In this document: in pieces, positions 1 to 12,247 of the stretch
Layout of the letters: each line of letters starts with the position of its first letter
Numbering within the stretch: the stretch's first letter is position 1
Origin: Octopus vulgaris
Lineage: Eukaryota
Length of the DNA stretch: 64,000 nucleotides
Direction of reading: 5' to 3'
NCBI GenBank assembly: GCA_951406725.2
Contig: OX597819.1
Location: forward strand, 67,704,001 to 67,768,000
The notes under the pieces: generated by a model
Told to the model about the DNA's origin: nothing
Database searches by the model: none
What the model saw: only the letters and a program-made list of their open reading frames with translations
Translations under genes and position numbers: made by a program

Positions 1-75
1 TATACGACTAAATTTGAATATATGTCATATTTTCATGGTAATTATCGAGGTATCTACACACACATGCGTATGTGC

Positions 76-134
<59 letters not shown>

Positions 135-446
135 TGTCTGTGTGTGCGTTTGTGTGTGTGTCTGTGTGTGTGTTTGTATGTGTGTCTGTGTCTGTGTATT
201 TGTGTTTGTGTGTGCGTATGGGTGCTGGTGTACATATTTACTTGTCTATCACTTGGCGAATCTATCCATAAAATATAGCTACAGGCACTTGCCAAATATG
301 GCACAACATGCCTCCAGTTTTGTTTTGTTTTGAAATGAATGTTTGTCATCACTCTCCAGAATAGTCGCACCAAAATATCAGCATAACTTTCTGAAAATAA
401 CTAATGCCTAAAGGTGGTCTGGTTTCCGGATACAGAGTGCACAACC

Positions 447-616
447 AGGCCCAGGATTGGCTGTGTGGTAAGTAGCTTACTTTCCCACCACATGGTTCTG
501 GGTTCCGTCCCACTGCGTGGAATCTTTGGCAAGTGTCTTCTACTATAGCTGCGGGCCGACCACCGACCAACGCCTTGTAAGTGGATTTGGGAGTCGGAAA
601 CTGAAGGAAGCCCGTC

Positions 617-620
<4 letters not shown>
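447..620 (+). mobile_element. SINE family B 5' part (others: about 2225-2415 +, 9825-10145 +, 12035-12190 -, 13475-13590 -, 26565-26725 +, 30025-30195 +, 35170-35425 +, 48155-48520 +, 61305-61420 +)
   Basis: GGCTGTGTGGTAAGTAGC..CCCACTGCGTGG..GGCAAGTGTCTTCTACTATAGC..GGAAACTGAAGGAAGCCCGTCG. Confidence 0.8.
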
Positions 621-654
<34 letters not shown>

Positions 655-658
<4 letters not shown>

Positions 659-1545
659 ATATGTAGAAAAATACAACTGGGACAAGAACGTAAATTATTT
701 AGAAGACGATACAAAAAACACGGACGGGACAATCGAAGCCTTCAATCTTCAGTCAAGAACCGGATCATCCTCGCAATTTCGGCTGATTAATCTTGAGATC
801 GCTCCGATCCGGCCAGCCCCAAGGAAAAACTAAGCTACGAGCATTAGATTTCTTGGAAAAAGGATCGAATGTATACGAAACAAGGACAGAAAGACGGACG
901 ATGCCACACGAATATAAATACGAAAAACAATAATAGTAATAACAGGACAAAAACAGCGGGTGTCTTACGACTATAGAGAGTACAACTTGGTTTAGCTGGC
1001 GTATTTGGAAAAAATGCCTTTTCGGCAGACGAAGTAAACGATGTTCTCGTGGCGCTGGTCAGAAGCCGAAAGGCTGGTTGACCAGCGGTCACGTGAGAGG
1101 AGAAGAGAGAGAAAGAAGGAATTAAAGAGGGGAGAAGAAAGAGAGCGTGCCAAGTATTGGCTTGGCGACAGAATCAGTGAGGTGCAAAGTGAGAAAGACA
1201 GAGAAATGTGAGAGAGAGTGGGAAGAGGAGACCAAAGAATTAGAGGCAAGAAAAGAGAAAAGGAGGAGGAGAAGTAGAGAGAGAGAGAGAGAGAGGGAGA
1301 GAGAGGGAGAGAAAGAGACAGATCAAAGTAGAGTGCAAAATGTGAAAGGCAGAGAAATGTAGGAGAGGAGACAGTGTTATAGAGTCGTACCAAATTTAAA
1401 GAAATATGTACTTACATACAAGGCCAAACAGGGTACGAGCGCCGCTATGTATATTATTATATGGAGAAAAATACAACTGGGACAAGAACGTAAAACATTT
1501 AGAAGACGATACAAAAACACGGACGGGACATTCGAAGCCTTCAAT

Positions 1546-1609
<64 letters not shown>

Positions 1610-1637
1610 ATTGAAGACTTCAATATGTCCCGTCCAT
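655..1637. repeat. Repeat with direct (655-748 / 1452-1548) and inverted (1607-1637) terminal segments; related copy about 33060-33370
   Basis: AGAAAAATACAACTGGGACAAGAACGTAAA..GGACGGGACA.TCGAAGCCTTCAATCTT repeated; the arrangement resembles Penelope pseudo-LTRs. Confidence 0.6.
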
Positions 1638-1649
1638 GTTTATATACAA

Positions 1650-1717
<68 letters not shown>

Positions 1718-1780
1718 TGATGGATAGATAGATAGACAGATAGATAGATAGATAGATACATACATACATACATACATACA

Positions 1781-1814
<34 letters not shown>

Positions 1815-2166
1815 CATACATACATACATTCAGATGGATATGGTACTTAAGTTGAGGCACCAGAATTTAGTATGGTATACATACTGTTTCAAATTAAGTG
1901 TGATTAAAATCAACATAAGCAACATGGATATCATTATTTACATTACTTACAATTAACGGATATTTGTCTTCATCTTGCTTGTTCTTAAAACAACTTTTCG
2001 TCTGATATACCCTCCAACCTTCATCAGGTGTCGTGCGGGAATTTCGAAACTGGGTTTTCAATCAACAAACAAGATGAGGACAAATATCTGTCAGTTTTAA
2101 ATAATGTAAATAATTTACATAATTCCTCTTCTCTTAGATATAGAAGGATATCCTTGTTGCTTATTT

Positions 2167-2228
<62 letters not shown>

Positions 2229-3374
2229 GTGTGTGTGTGTGCGTTTGAGTGTCTATGTTTGTCCCTCCAGCATCGATTGACAGCCGATATCGGTGTATTT
2301 CCGTCTCTCTAAATTAGCGGTTCATCAAAAAGATATCGATAGAATAATAACTAGGCCTACAAAGAATAGGTCCTGGGGTCGATTTGTTCAACTACAAGCG
2401 GTGCTCCATCATGGCCTCGTATTTCTAATAGCGGACTTAATTTTATCATTTTTTAACTGCAATCGATGAATCATGACACAGTATATAATCTGTTACCTTT
2501 AAATATTATATAACAGTTATTCAGCGACAAAAGTTTTGGGAACCAGATTTGGGAATAATTCCATTTTAGCATTTTCACTGCTGTAATATTTTTAGAAGGA
2601 ATATTTAGGAGGAAAAATAATAATAAAAATATTCATAAAATAAAATGGTCTAAACTGATATCGTTAGACCTCTGGCAATTATGCACGTCTACATATTAGT
2701 GCTGGCGGATGTTGCATTAATGGTACCAGTAATGAGAGAGTAAATTTACACAAAGTAAAACAGAGGGTTGGTTAGGTGTGCGACAGAATGATTAATACGT
2801 TAATACTAATCCTTACAGTTATTCTTCAGATTTCGGCTGCTGTGTTGACCCCCAAACCTCAAGCCCACATCCTTCCTTGCTGCATAAATGAACATATGAT
2901 ATTTTTCGAGTTATCAAAATAATTGTGATGATGATGACGACCATGATGATGTTTCGGTGGTGGGAATGGTAGTGATGTTGGTGTTAAGGATGATGATGAC
3001 GATGATAATGGCGGTGGTGGTGGTGGTGGTGGTGGTGGATGTGATGGTGGTGGTGGTGGTGGTTGTAGCGGTGATGGTGATCACTGATGCTGGTGGCGGT
3101 GGTGTTGGTTTTAGCCGTCGTGATATATTAATGACATACATATGTTCAATTAGAAGATGTTTGCGTAATATAATAAGCTGATGATGCAAGGCACAAATGT
3201 ATACAAACGCCCAATGGAAGAAACCCTATCATCGAGATATATATGGGATTATTTGTGTATGCTGAGAGAAAAAGAAGGAAAAAAGATTAATGTTTAATAT
3301 TGGCAGGTAGTCATTAATTTTATCAATCTATACACACAAGAGCATACAGACTTACAAACTCACACACGCACATA

Positions 3375-3540
3375 TACAGGTATATATGCATTTATATACA
3401 TATGTGTGTATACATATATACACACCCACAGACATATATATATATATACAGATATGGGTGTGTGTATATATATATATATACATATATACGTATACATATA
3501 TATACATATATATGTATATATATACATATACCTACATATA

Positions 3541-3572
<32 letters not shown>

Positions 3573-3646
3573 CATATATACATATATATAGTTATACATA
3601 TATATATAAAGATATATATGTATATATATATATATATACATACATA

Positions 3647-3686
<40 letters not shown>

Positions 3687-3688
3687 TG

Positions 3689-3743
<55 letters not shown>

Positions 3744-3772
3744 ATACGTATATATATATATGTATATATATG

Positions 3773-3803
<31 letters not shown>

Positions 3804-3838
3804 GTATGTATGTATATATATGTATATGTATATATATG
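3375..3838. repeat. Compound (TA/CA/TG)n microsatellite; representative of dozens (e.g. 8757-9082, 14135-14281, 27027-27378, 41107-41258)
   Basis: Directly visible dinucleotide arrays. Confidence 0.98.
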
Positions 3839-4623
3839 CAAACGCGGTTAACAGCTCGTTTCATATCTAGATTGTAGCAGTGAGTATAAATGGTTGAGTT
3901 AAGATTGAAATTCATAATTTTGTATCGTATTACTGAATTGTCTCTCATCTCTTATCAAATCATACACCTGGATTTAATGTATAAGTTAAATAGATTTCGT
4001 CATCTCTTCTACTGAAAAAAAAATCATATATATTTTGTTTTATATAGCCAACACATTAAGAACTCTAGTATAATAAGTAGAATCTGCCTAATGAAGCCTA
4101 CACTGCTAAAATCTTTGGTTTGAAAATTGCATTGCTGGAACATTTATTGGTATAAAATTCAGTGAAAATAAGATATATGTATATACTTCACAATTAGTAA
4201 TTAGACTTTAATTGCATTTCCAGATTGTTATTTCTAAATGACGGTGACATCAAAAGAGGGATTAAATATTTTATTAAGCGTATTTTCAAATATTTCTAAT
4301 TCAATTTCACGTGCGTTTAGTAAGATAAGCATGATTTAACTTCGAGAAAAAAAGAGAATGGAGAAAGTATAAGCGAATCCAAGTTTATAAATCAATTGAA
4401 AATGCTGTTTTTCAAATAAGCGAAACAAAACAATTTTCGACACATTTCAACTCCGACATTGTTGCTCTCAGACAGACAGACAGACATAGATATATAAGGA
4501 TATCTATATTGATCGAGAAATATATATTGTATTATTCTTGCAATATAAATTCATAAATAGCAGTTAGTTAACATTTCATTTAATCTTACACAGTTCCCGC
4601 CGAATTATTATACAGGCATCAAC

Positions 4624-5556
4624 ATGGATATATACAACTCCCAAATGTTCAACGCTAAATTGATTTCCAATCATTCAAACACTTCTACAATTCTTTCTAT
4701 ACGGTATATTTCCATAACATTACTGACATTAGGAACTTTCAATAATTTAGCTGTTATTGCAATATTCTGCAGAAAGGAAATGCGTCATTACAAAGCTGCT
4801 CCATATTTTATTTGTTTGGGGTTTGTAGATTTGAGCATTGTCTTGACAGGGTCCATCAGATATTTAAGTTATAGTTTTATTCATCAAAATTTCGCCTCAG
4901 CCAGCGCGTTGTTTGATTATCCAATTTTGAACAGAATTTCTTTCTCTCTTGACATGTATTCCTCGTGGTTAGTGGTGGTTATATCGCTGGAACGTTTGAT
5001 AGCAATTTATGCTCCATTTTCCCAACTACGTTTTACTAATACTTACAAACCGTTCGCTGTTATGTTTGTTCTTCTGATTTGTATATTTATAACGAATTTA
5101 TTAATTGCACTACTGGAAAATAATATAGCGCATAATTTTCGCATATCATTCTTGATGTATTCATTCATGCCTGCAGGAATTTTATTCGCCAGTTCTGTAG
5201 CTTTGATTTATAAGTTACTCCACCGACCAAATCTCGGTCAACAGATTCAACACAACGTCTTATCACGGAGAATGACAACAATTCGTGTTGTAATTGCCAT
5301 GAATGTTTTATTTCTTCTGACAACATTCCCGATGTCAATTTTTTTCTTTATAATAACGCAGAATAATAAAGAATTTTACATAAATTTCGAGACTCTTATC
5401 CTGCTAAGTACATTTGCGCTGATTAACAACTGTTTCAACTTTGTTTGTAATATGATTACAAACAAAGCGTTTCGCGAAAGTTTCAAAAGAACATTCTTCC
5501 GAAGGCCTTCAGGGGTCAGACAGACTCTCTATATTTTGCATGACAGAAATACTTAA
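4624..5556 (+). CDS. Class A 7TM GPCR, copy 1 (310 aa, intact; orphan, FMRFamide-receptor-like/chemoreceptor-like)
   Basis: Seven hydrophobic segments. TM1 GTFNN, TM2 LGFVD, TM3 SSW..ISLERL, TM5 YSFMP, TM6 FLLTTFP, TM7 NNCFNFVCN, helix 8 FRESF. N-terminal NHS/NTS sequons. Confidence 0.92.
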   Translation: MDIYNSQMFNAKLISNHSNTSTILSIRYISITLLTLGTFNNLAVIAIFCRKEMRHYKAAPYFICLGFVDLSIVLTGSIRYLSYSFIHQNFASASALFDYPILNRISFSLDMYSSWLVVVISLERLIAIYAPFSQLRFTNTYKPFAVMFVLLICIFITNLLIALLENNIAHNFRISFLMYSFMPAGILFASSVALIYKLLHRPNLGQQIQHNVLSRRMTTIRVVIAMNVLFLLTTFPMSIFFFIITQNNKEFYINFETLILLSTFALINNCFNFVCNMITNKAFRESFKRTFFRRPSGVRQTLYILHDRNT

Positions 5557-5569
5557 TACTTTATTCCAT

Positions 5570-5578
5570 AAGGTAAGT
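5570..5578 (+). other. Putative 5' splice site in 3' UTR of copy 1
   Basis: AAG|GTAAGT consensus donor, 16 nt after TAA. Confidence 0.7.
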
Positions 5579-5786
5579 AGTCATTTGCATAATATTTGCA
5601 ACTGCAGTTATATATCTTTTTGCACTTGCTAATTACATCTGCTTATATGTGAACATGTGTATATGTTTATTTTTGTAGGTTTGCAATTCCTTTGTAAGCT
5701 CTTATGTTTCTTGAAGTAACCAACCTACGGATCTATTTAGTTTAAATGTATCTATTTATCTACGTATCTATCTATCTGTCTATCTT

Positions 5787-5839
<53 letters not shown>

Positions 5840-5902
5840 GAGTATGTGTGCGTGTGGGTATGTGAATGTGTGTATGTTAATGCATATATATATATATATA
5901 TA

Positions 5903-6359
5903 TATTGGGTTGTCCGGAAAGTGGGTGCCGATTTTTAAAGGAAAGAAAAAGGTCAATAAATACTTGCAGTTATATTTTTAATCAACCAAATATGAATATG
6001 AACCATTTTGTTGCACAATGCATCTCCATCTTTCCTTTAACTTGAAAATACCCTCTTCCCAGAATTGAGGTGGTTTCATGGCAAAGAATACAATTTTTAC
6101 CATTAAAACTATTCTGCAGAGACTTGAATTAGTGGAAACCCGAAGGAGCAATATCTGGTGAATATGGAGGGGGGGGGGGGCTAACACATCCCAGCCGAGC
6201 TGCTGCAAATTTTGTCTGGTTCTCAAAGCATCAGGTGCCGAAAATGAACTTTCTTATCTTCCATTTTAAAGGGTTACAGAATTAACAAAGCTTATAGGAA
6301 CACACACCTTCTTCATGGAAAAGAAAGCTTAAACTGTGCTCTAAATGGAGGTGTAGTCC
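5903..6359 (-). mobile_element. Internally deleted mariner-type element (5' end missing)
   Basis: TIR-like TATTGGGTTGTCCGGAAAGT. Remnant transposase TRQNLQQLGWDVL..SPDIAPS..FWEEGIFKLKERW fused to N-terminal MEDKKVHFRHLML. Confidence 0.8.
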
Positions 6360-6992
6360 ATATATCCTCATTTATTACATTAATGATTTCATAAATATGA
6401 ATATGTAAATATTTCCATGTATCTGCTGAAACACCGATACGTGCTGCAAACAAATGAAGTGAAATTTTGAAATCGGCATGAAAAATTAGTCTAAAAAATT
6501 TACATTGCATTTATAATGAGTATAATACATTTAAATACATTGACCAGTGCTCTGGTTTCGATGATGATGATGATGATGATGATGACGATGATGATGACAA
6601 CAACCACAACGAAGACGATGACCACGACGACGACAACGATAACAATAACTACGGTGTTTGCCAAGATGATGATGGTGATGACCATGACCGTTCTAATAGC
6701 GCATTAGTAACGCCATTAGCGTGTTCAATACGTTCATGCTCGCGTAATGTAATATGTTAATATTGTTTAATAAAATGGATGTATACAAAGGAACAGTGTG
6801 AAACATAGTATCATTGCCGATTGTAGGCAATAATTAGTCTTCGCTGAAAGAAGTGTAAACAGAAGACTTTAGTAACATGCGCATAATAATGTAATAAGGA
6901 ACGAAAGGTAGTAAGGGTCGGAAGAAAGATAGACAGAGGATAGCAAAGTAGGAGGGAGGAGAAACGGAAGATAAAGAAGATCGTAAAGGAAT

Positions 6993-7074
<82 letters not shown>

Positions 7075-7221
7075 GGAACAGAATGTAGAGTCGCATAAAT
7101 TATATATGAAAGTAAAAACTTACTCTGGACAAGGCTGCGTGGCGTTCGATTATAAATGAATAGATATAAAATGTATGATGTTCAGGAGATCAACAACGAG
7201 TGAAAAATATGTAAACACATA

Positions 7222-7619
7222 CTTTTCTACTCTAGGCACAAAGCCTGAAATTTGGGGGGAGGGGGAAACTCGATTACATTGACCCCAGTATGCAACTGGT
7301 ATTAAATTTATCGACCCCGAAAAGATGAAGTGCAAAGTCGATCTCGGCGGAATTTGAACTCAGAACGTAAAGACTGACGAAATACCTATGTCTTTACTAT
7401 CCACAAGGGGCTAAACACAGAGGGGACATACAAGAACTGACAAAAGGATTAATTTAATTACATCGACCGCAGTCGGTTACTGGTACTTATTTAGTCTACC
7501 CCGAAAGGATGAAAAGCAACGTCGACATCGGCGGAATTTGAATTCAGAACGAAACGGCAGACGAAATACCGCTAAGCATTTCACCCGCCGTGCTAACGTT
7601 TCTGCCAGCTCACCGCCTT
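7222..7619 (-). mobile_element. tRNA-derived SINE family A (internally duplicated body)
   Basis: Head GGCGG(T/C)GAGCTGGCAGAAACGTTAGC, B-box-like GAGTTCAAATTCC, body GCCTTTCATCCTTTCGGGGTCGATAAA; many copies in the window. Confidence 0.85.
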
Positions 7620-7914
7620 GAAAAGTCAGTAAAACAAGACAGGTATACTTCATAAAACAGCAGCATACAGAAATTTAAAAAAAACTAAATTTCTAGAAAG
7701 TTAGAGCTTCGAACGAACAAACAACTGCTGTTTTATGAAGTATACCTGTATTTTGTTTCTCAGTATGTTTTACGGACTTTTCAAGGCGGTGAGCTGGCAG
7801 AAACGTTAGCACGCCGGGTGAAATGCTTAGCGGTATTTCGTCTGCCGTTTCGTTCTGAATTCAAATTCCGCCGATGTCGACGTTGCTTTTCATCCTTTTT
7901 TTGTAAATTCCAAC

Positions 7915-8235
7915 TATTGGAATGTCCGGAAAGTTCGTGCCGATTTATAGGAGCTTACCTTTCGACTTATTTTAGAACATGGCTGAGTCCATAGAATAGG
8001 ATTTGACTACACCTCCATTTAGAGCACAGTTTAAGCTATCTTTTCCAGGAAGAAAGTGTATGTTCCTATAAGCTGTGTTCATTCTGTAACCCTTTAAAAT
8101 GGAAGATAAGAAAGTTCATTTTCGGCACCTGATGCTTTGAGAACCAGACAAAATTTGCAGCAGCTCGGCTGGGATGTGTTACCCCCCACCTCCATATTCA
8201 CCACATATTGCTCCTTCGGATTTCCACTAATTCAT

Positions 8236-8237
<2 letters not shown>
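7915..8237 (+). mobile_element. Second copy of the same deleted mariner (3' end missing), inverted relative to 5903-6359
   Basis: TIR TATTGGAATGTCCGGAAAGT; same deletion junction CACCTGATGCTTTGAGAACCAGAC. Confidence 0.8.
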
Positions 8238-8274
<37 letters not shown>

Positions 8275-8604
8275 GAACTATATGACGTTGGGAACTATAT
8301 GACGTCAGTGAAAAATGCAAGTGAGACAGCTAAGCTGAGCTGATATAAACCCAAACAATTCACAAAATTCACCAGACACCAACCAAAAATCATTACAGTT
8401 GCTCCCATTGGAACACAAGGTAAAATCTAAAATGAATTCCTCGCTTTTTCAAGAACATGAATTTTTTATATTTGACTCTATTGAATGCATATCACCACTA
8501 TGAACTCGCTTTACTATATATGAATTTTTTATGTTTGACTCTATTGAATATTATATATGGATTTTTTATATTTGATAGCATGAACTATCTTTTTTATATA
8601 TAAT

Positions 8605-8652
8605 TTTTTTTTGATAAGGTTCGTCATTTCAAGAACCGAAACATGTTAAATA
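8605..8652 (+). ncRNA. Degenerate minimal hammerhead-like motif
   Basis: TTT-TTGATAA-GGTTC(10 nt)GAACC-GAAA-CATG-TT-AAA. Confidence 0.45.
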
Positions 8653-8752
8653 AATAATGTATATATAAAAATTAAAATTTGTCTAATATAGCAGCATTTT
8701 CAAACTTCATTTTTTACAAATATATACCCACTCGTATACGAGCTAATCTTAT

Positions 8753-8923
<171 letters not shown>

Positions 8924-8924
8924 T

Positions 8925-9086
<162 letters not shown>

Positions 9087-9978
9087 GGCGTGTATAAGCC
9101 TTGATAAAAGTACAAAAATCGATTCCAGGTGAGAATGCGATCGATGAAGCCGTGGGAAATCATTTTTCTGTGGAATAGAAAAAAAAGTCTATCTATATTT
9201 CTTCTTTCGCTGGTGTCTCAAATTTAGGTTAAATCAGTATTTCTCAAAGGAGAGACCTATGGGTCGGTCGGACAAGTTGTTTTGAGAAAATTTGGTTTTA
9301 ATGTTTGACAAAAATATATAGAATAGAGTGATATCTAACTTGATAATTTACAAGAAATATGTGGAAATTGAGGAAAAGGTCGCGAAAATGAGGAACTTAA
9401 AAGTAAAATTCATAGTTAAGGATAATTTTAGGGCTTTTTTTTATTAGTAAGAGATAGAAGTGTAATATTACAGATATAGTTTGTAAGAAAAACGATAGTC
9501 ACCAACCGGCAGGTTCGATATGACGAGATGCCTCTGGTGGTGGGATACGAAGAATTGAAACCGTACTGATGGAATATAAAGGACTCATTACGAAATAAAG
9601 ATTTTTGAGAAAAATTGTTTATTTTAAATAGACTGTTAATTGTTGTATAAACAGTAAACGCGGAACTGCATTTTTGTGTGGGGGGGGTAAGCTACTTCAT
9701 TTTCATTTTCATCAAATTCATATAATTCATTCGTATGTTTTATGTACTCCACTCTTTTGTCCTTGTATGTTTTGTATCGCCCCCCCCTCTGTGTTTGAGC
9801 CCTTGTCGATAATAAAGAAATAAATTAGCTTGCTTACCAACTATTTAGTTCCGGGTGCACTCCCACTGCGTGGCACCTTGGGTAGGTGACTTCTACTATA
9901 GCCTCGGGCGGCCCAAAGACCTGTGAGCGGATTTGGTAGGCGGAAACTGAAAGAAACCCGTCATATATATATATGTAC

Positions 9979-10022
<44 letters not shown>

Positions 10023-10205
10023 TTGTGCGCCTCTGTTTCTCACACCGACATCGCTTGAAAACCGATCGTGGTGCGTTTACGTTCCCATAACTTAGCGGGG
10101 CTTCAGCATGGCCGCAGTCAAATGGGTGAAGCAAGTAAAAGAGTAAATGTATAAAAGGAGATACACAAATATTTCAAAACTTTACGCTCATTACTATATT
10201 TGGAA

Positions 10206-10269
<64 letters not shown>

Positions 10270-10272
<3 letters not shown>

Positions 10273-10643
10273 AAATACATATATAATATAGAAACCGTTC
10301 TCTGAGTGTGCCTTCTACGATCTCGAGCATCCTCCATCCGATTGCGCTCAAATTTGATATGTAGATACCGACGGTATCAGGGCGTGTATAAGTCTTAAAA
10401 AAAGTACAAAAATATATTCCAGGTGAGAATGCGATCGATGAAGCCGTGGGAAATCATTTTTCTGTGGAATAGAAAAAAAAGTCTATCTATATTTCTTCTT
10501 TCGCTGGTGTCTCAAATTTAGGTTAAATCAGTATTTCTCAAAGGGGAGACCTATGGGTCGGTCGGACAGTTTGTTTTGAGAAAATTTGGTTTTAAAGTTT
10601 GACAACTCAGCATCTTTGATTGCACGGGGGGGTGTTTTGCTCT

Positions 10644-10646
<3 letters not shown>
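10270..10646 (+). mobile_element. Non-autonomous Helitron-like element; about 225 bp of it repeated at 9082-9310 and its 3' end at 11113-11170
   Basis: Near-identical direct repeats seen. The ends (TATATAATATAGAAACCG..CCGATTGCGCTCAAATTTG; GCACGGG..GCTCTTGT) resemble non-autonomous Helitrons. Confidence 0.5.
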
Positions 10647-10676
<30 letters not shown>

Positions 10677-10679
<3 letters not shown>

Positions 10680-11113
10680 TTGTTATCGCCATATTAATAT
10701 GGCATTCTTATAGATATAAGAATTATCGCTGCCGCTGGTCAGCTCCATGAGGCCACCGCCTTAAGATAGCTATTGATACACGATCTGTATCCATTATAAC
10801 CTTCGAACAAGGGAGGTCAGCCGCTTCACACTGCCAGTCCGACAGCTACAAACGCGTTTCGGGGTATTGCCCCTTGTCAATGTAGCGCAGTCAGACCCCG
10901 CAGGTGTCGCCACTGACGTCTCTGTTCGAAGGTTTCTATTTACCTAGTTTCAGTGGAATACATCCACTTGTTTTTAATAATAGAAATATTAAAATTACTA
11001 AGTCTCTATAAAAGAGATTACGGCAGCGTTTACTGGAAATTAATTGTTATCGCCATATTAATATGGCATTCTTATAGATATAAGAATAATCGCTGCCGTT
11101 GGTCAGCTCCATG
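10677..11113 (-). mobile_element. Penelope/retrozyme-like unit: 364-bp period, about 73-bp direct repeat, hammerhead-like motif
   Basis: TAATTGTTATCGCCATATTAATATGGC...CAGCTCCATG at 10677 and 11041; hammerhead fold at 10845-10886 (-). Confidence 0.55.
10845..10886 (-). ncRNA. Degenerate minimal type I hammerhead ribozyme
   Basis: GCTACA-TTGACAA-GGGG caata CCCC-GAAA-CGCG-TT-TGTAGC: perfect stems I and II, palindromic stem III, two core substitutions versus CUGANGA. Confidence 0.6.
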
Positions 11114-11364
11114 GTTTTAATGTTTGACAACTCAGCATCTTTGATTGCACGGGGGGCGTTTTGCTCTTGTATATATATATATATATATATATGTATATGT
11201 ATATATCCATATGTCCATATGTATAAATATATATATATATATAAGGTTTCAGGTGAATGAAGCACTTAAATGGTAAACATATTCCTTGTTTTATTATAAT
11301 CCTTCTTGTACTTTTTTTTGCTTTCATATAATCTTTGATTGAACGCTTTTTAGTGTCTGATGAA

Positions 11365-11590
11365 TATATCGCGGCTGTTACATTCCAAAACCACCTGCAA
11401 TAGGTGAAGATCCGTGAAGTAGAAATATCACTCTATTCTATATATTTTTTAATTATTTTTCAATATTTGTATATATTTACTTTATTATAAATGCAAAACA
11501 CCACTATGCAGAAATCGACATAATCTGAAACGATAATCCGCGATCGGTGAATCGCGATATATGAACCCAATATGGCGAGGGATTACTGTA
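11365..11590. mobile_element. MITE (pogo/Tigger-like end CAGTAATCCCTCG); second copy about 47835-48033
   Basis: Both copies share ..GAAGTAGAAA..AAATGCAAAACA..AATCGAC..CGAGGGATTACTG. Confidence 0.6.
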
Positions 11591-12194
11591 TACTTCTTTA
11601 GTGATATGTTGGCTACATGTGTTGTTCCATACTCACCCCCCATCGTAGAATCTCAGACTTATTGTCTCTCTGTTATGGTCATTTGAATTTAAAGGTGTTA
11701 TATACGAGGCCTTCAAAGAAGTAAATTTATAAATAACTGGGTATCCTCTCCCTTTGCACTTAACCCTAAAATCACTTCCTGAATATAATTAAAAGTGAAA
11801 AGAAACTACCTCTACCAGAGCTGTAGGGTGGAGATGCTTCACTGTCCGACCCCTTTCCCATTATCTAACGTACACCGATATAAATCTTCTTTATCCACTC
11901 TGCACGCATGACATCGCGTTTTTCTCCTATAACACTACCAAACTGAAGTAACAAATTGTTAATCCAACATGAATAACAAAAGAATAATCATAATGGCAAT
12001 GAAAATAATGGTTTTCAATTTTGAAAGATAATTGTTTTTACTGTTTCAGTCATTTTGACTGCGTTCATACTGGATCACCGCCTATAGTGGAACTAGTCGA
12101 CCCCAGGCCTTATTCTTTATAATCCTAGTACTTAATGTAACATCGGTTGTCAAGCGATGGTGTGGGGAGAAATACAGACACACAAATATTTGTG

Positions 12195-12247
<53 letters not shown>

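Noticed and set aside
8-373. YIYI/CVCV/THTH/poly-I/poly-M/poly-R ORFs here and throughout the track (e.g. 3360-3948, 8679-9132, 20709-21847, 26858-27407, 49813-50274)
   Set aside because: Translations of stop-free microsatellites, with no protein features.
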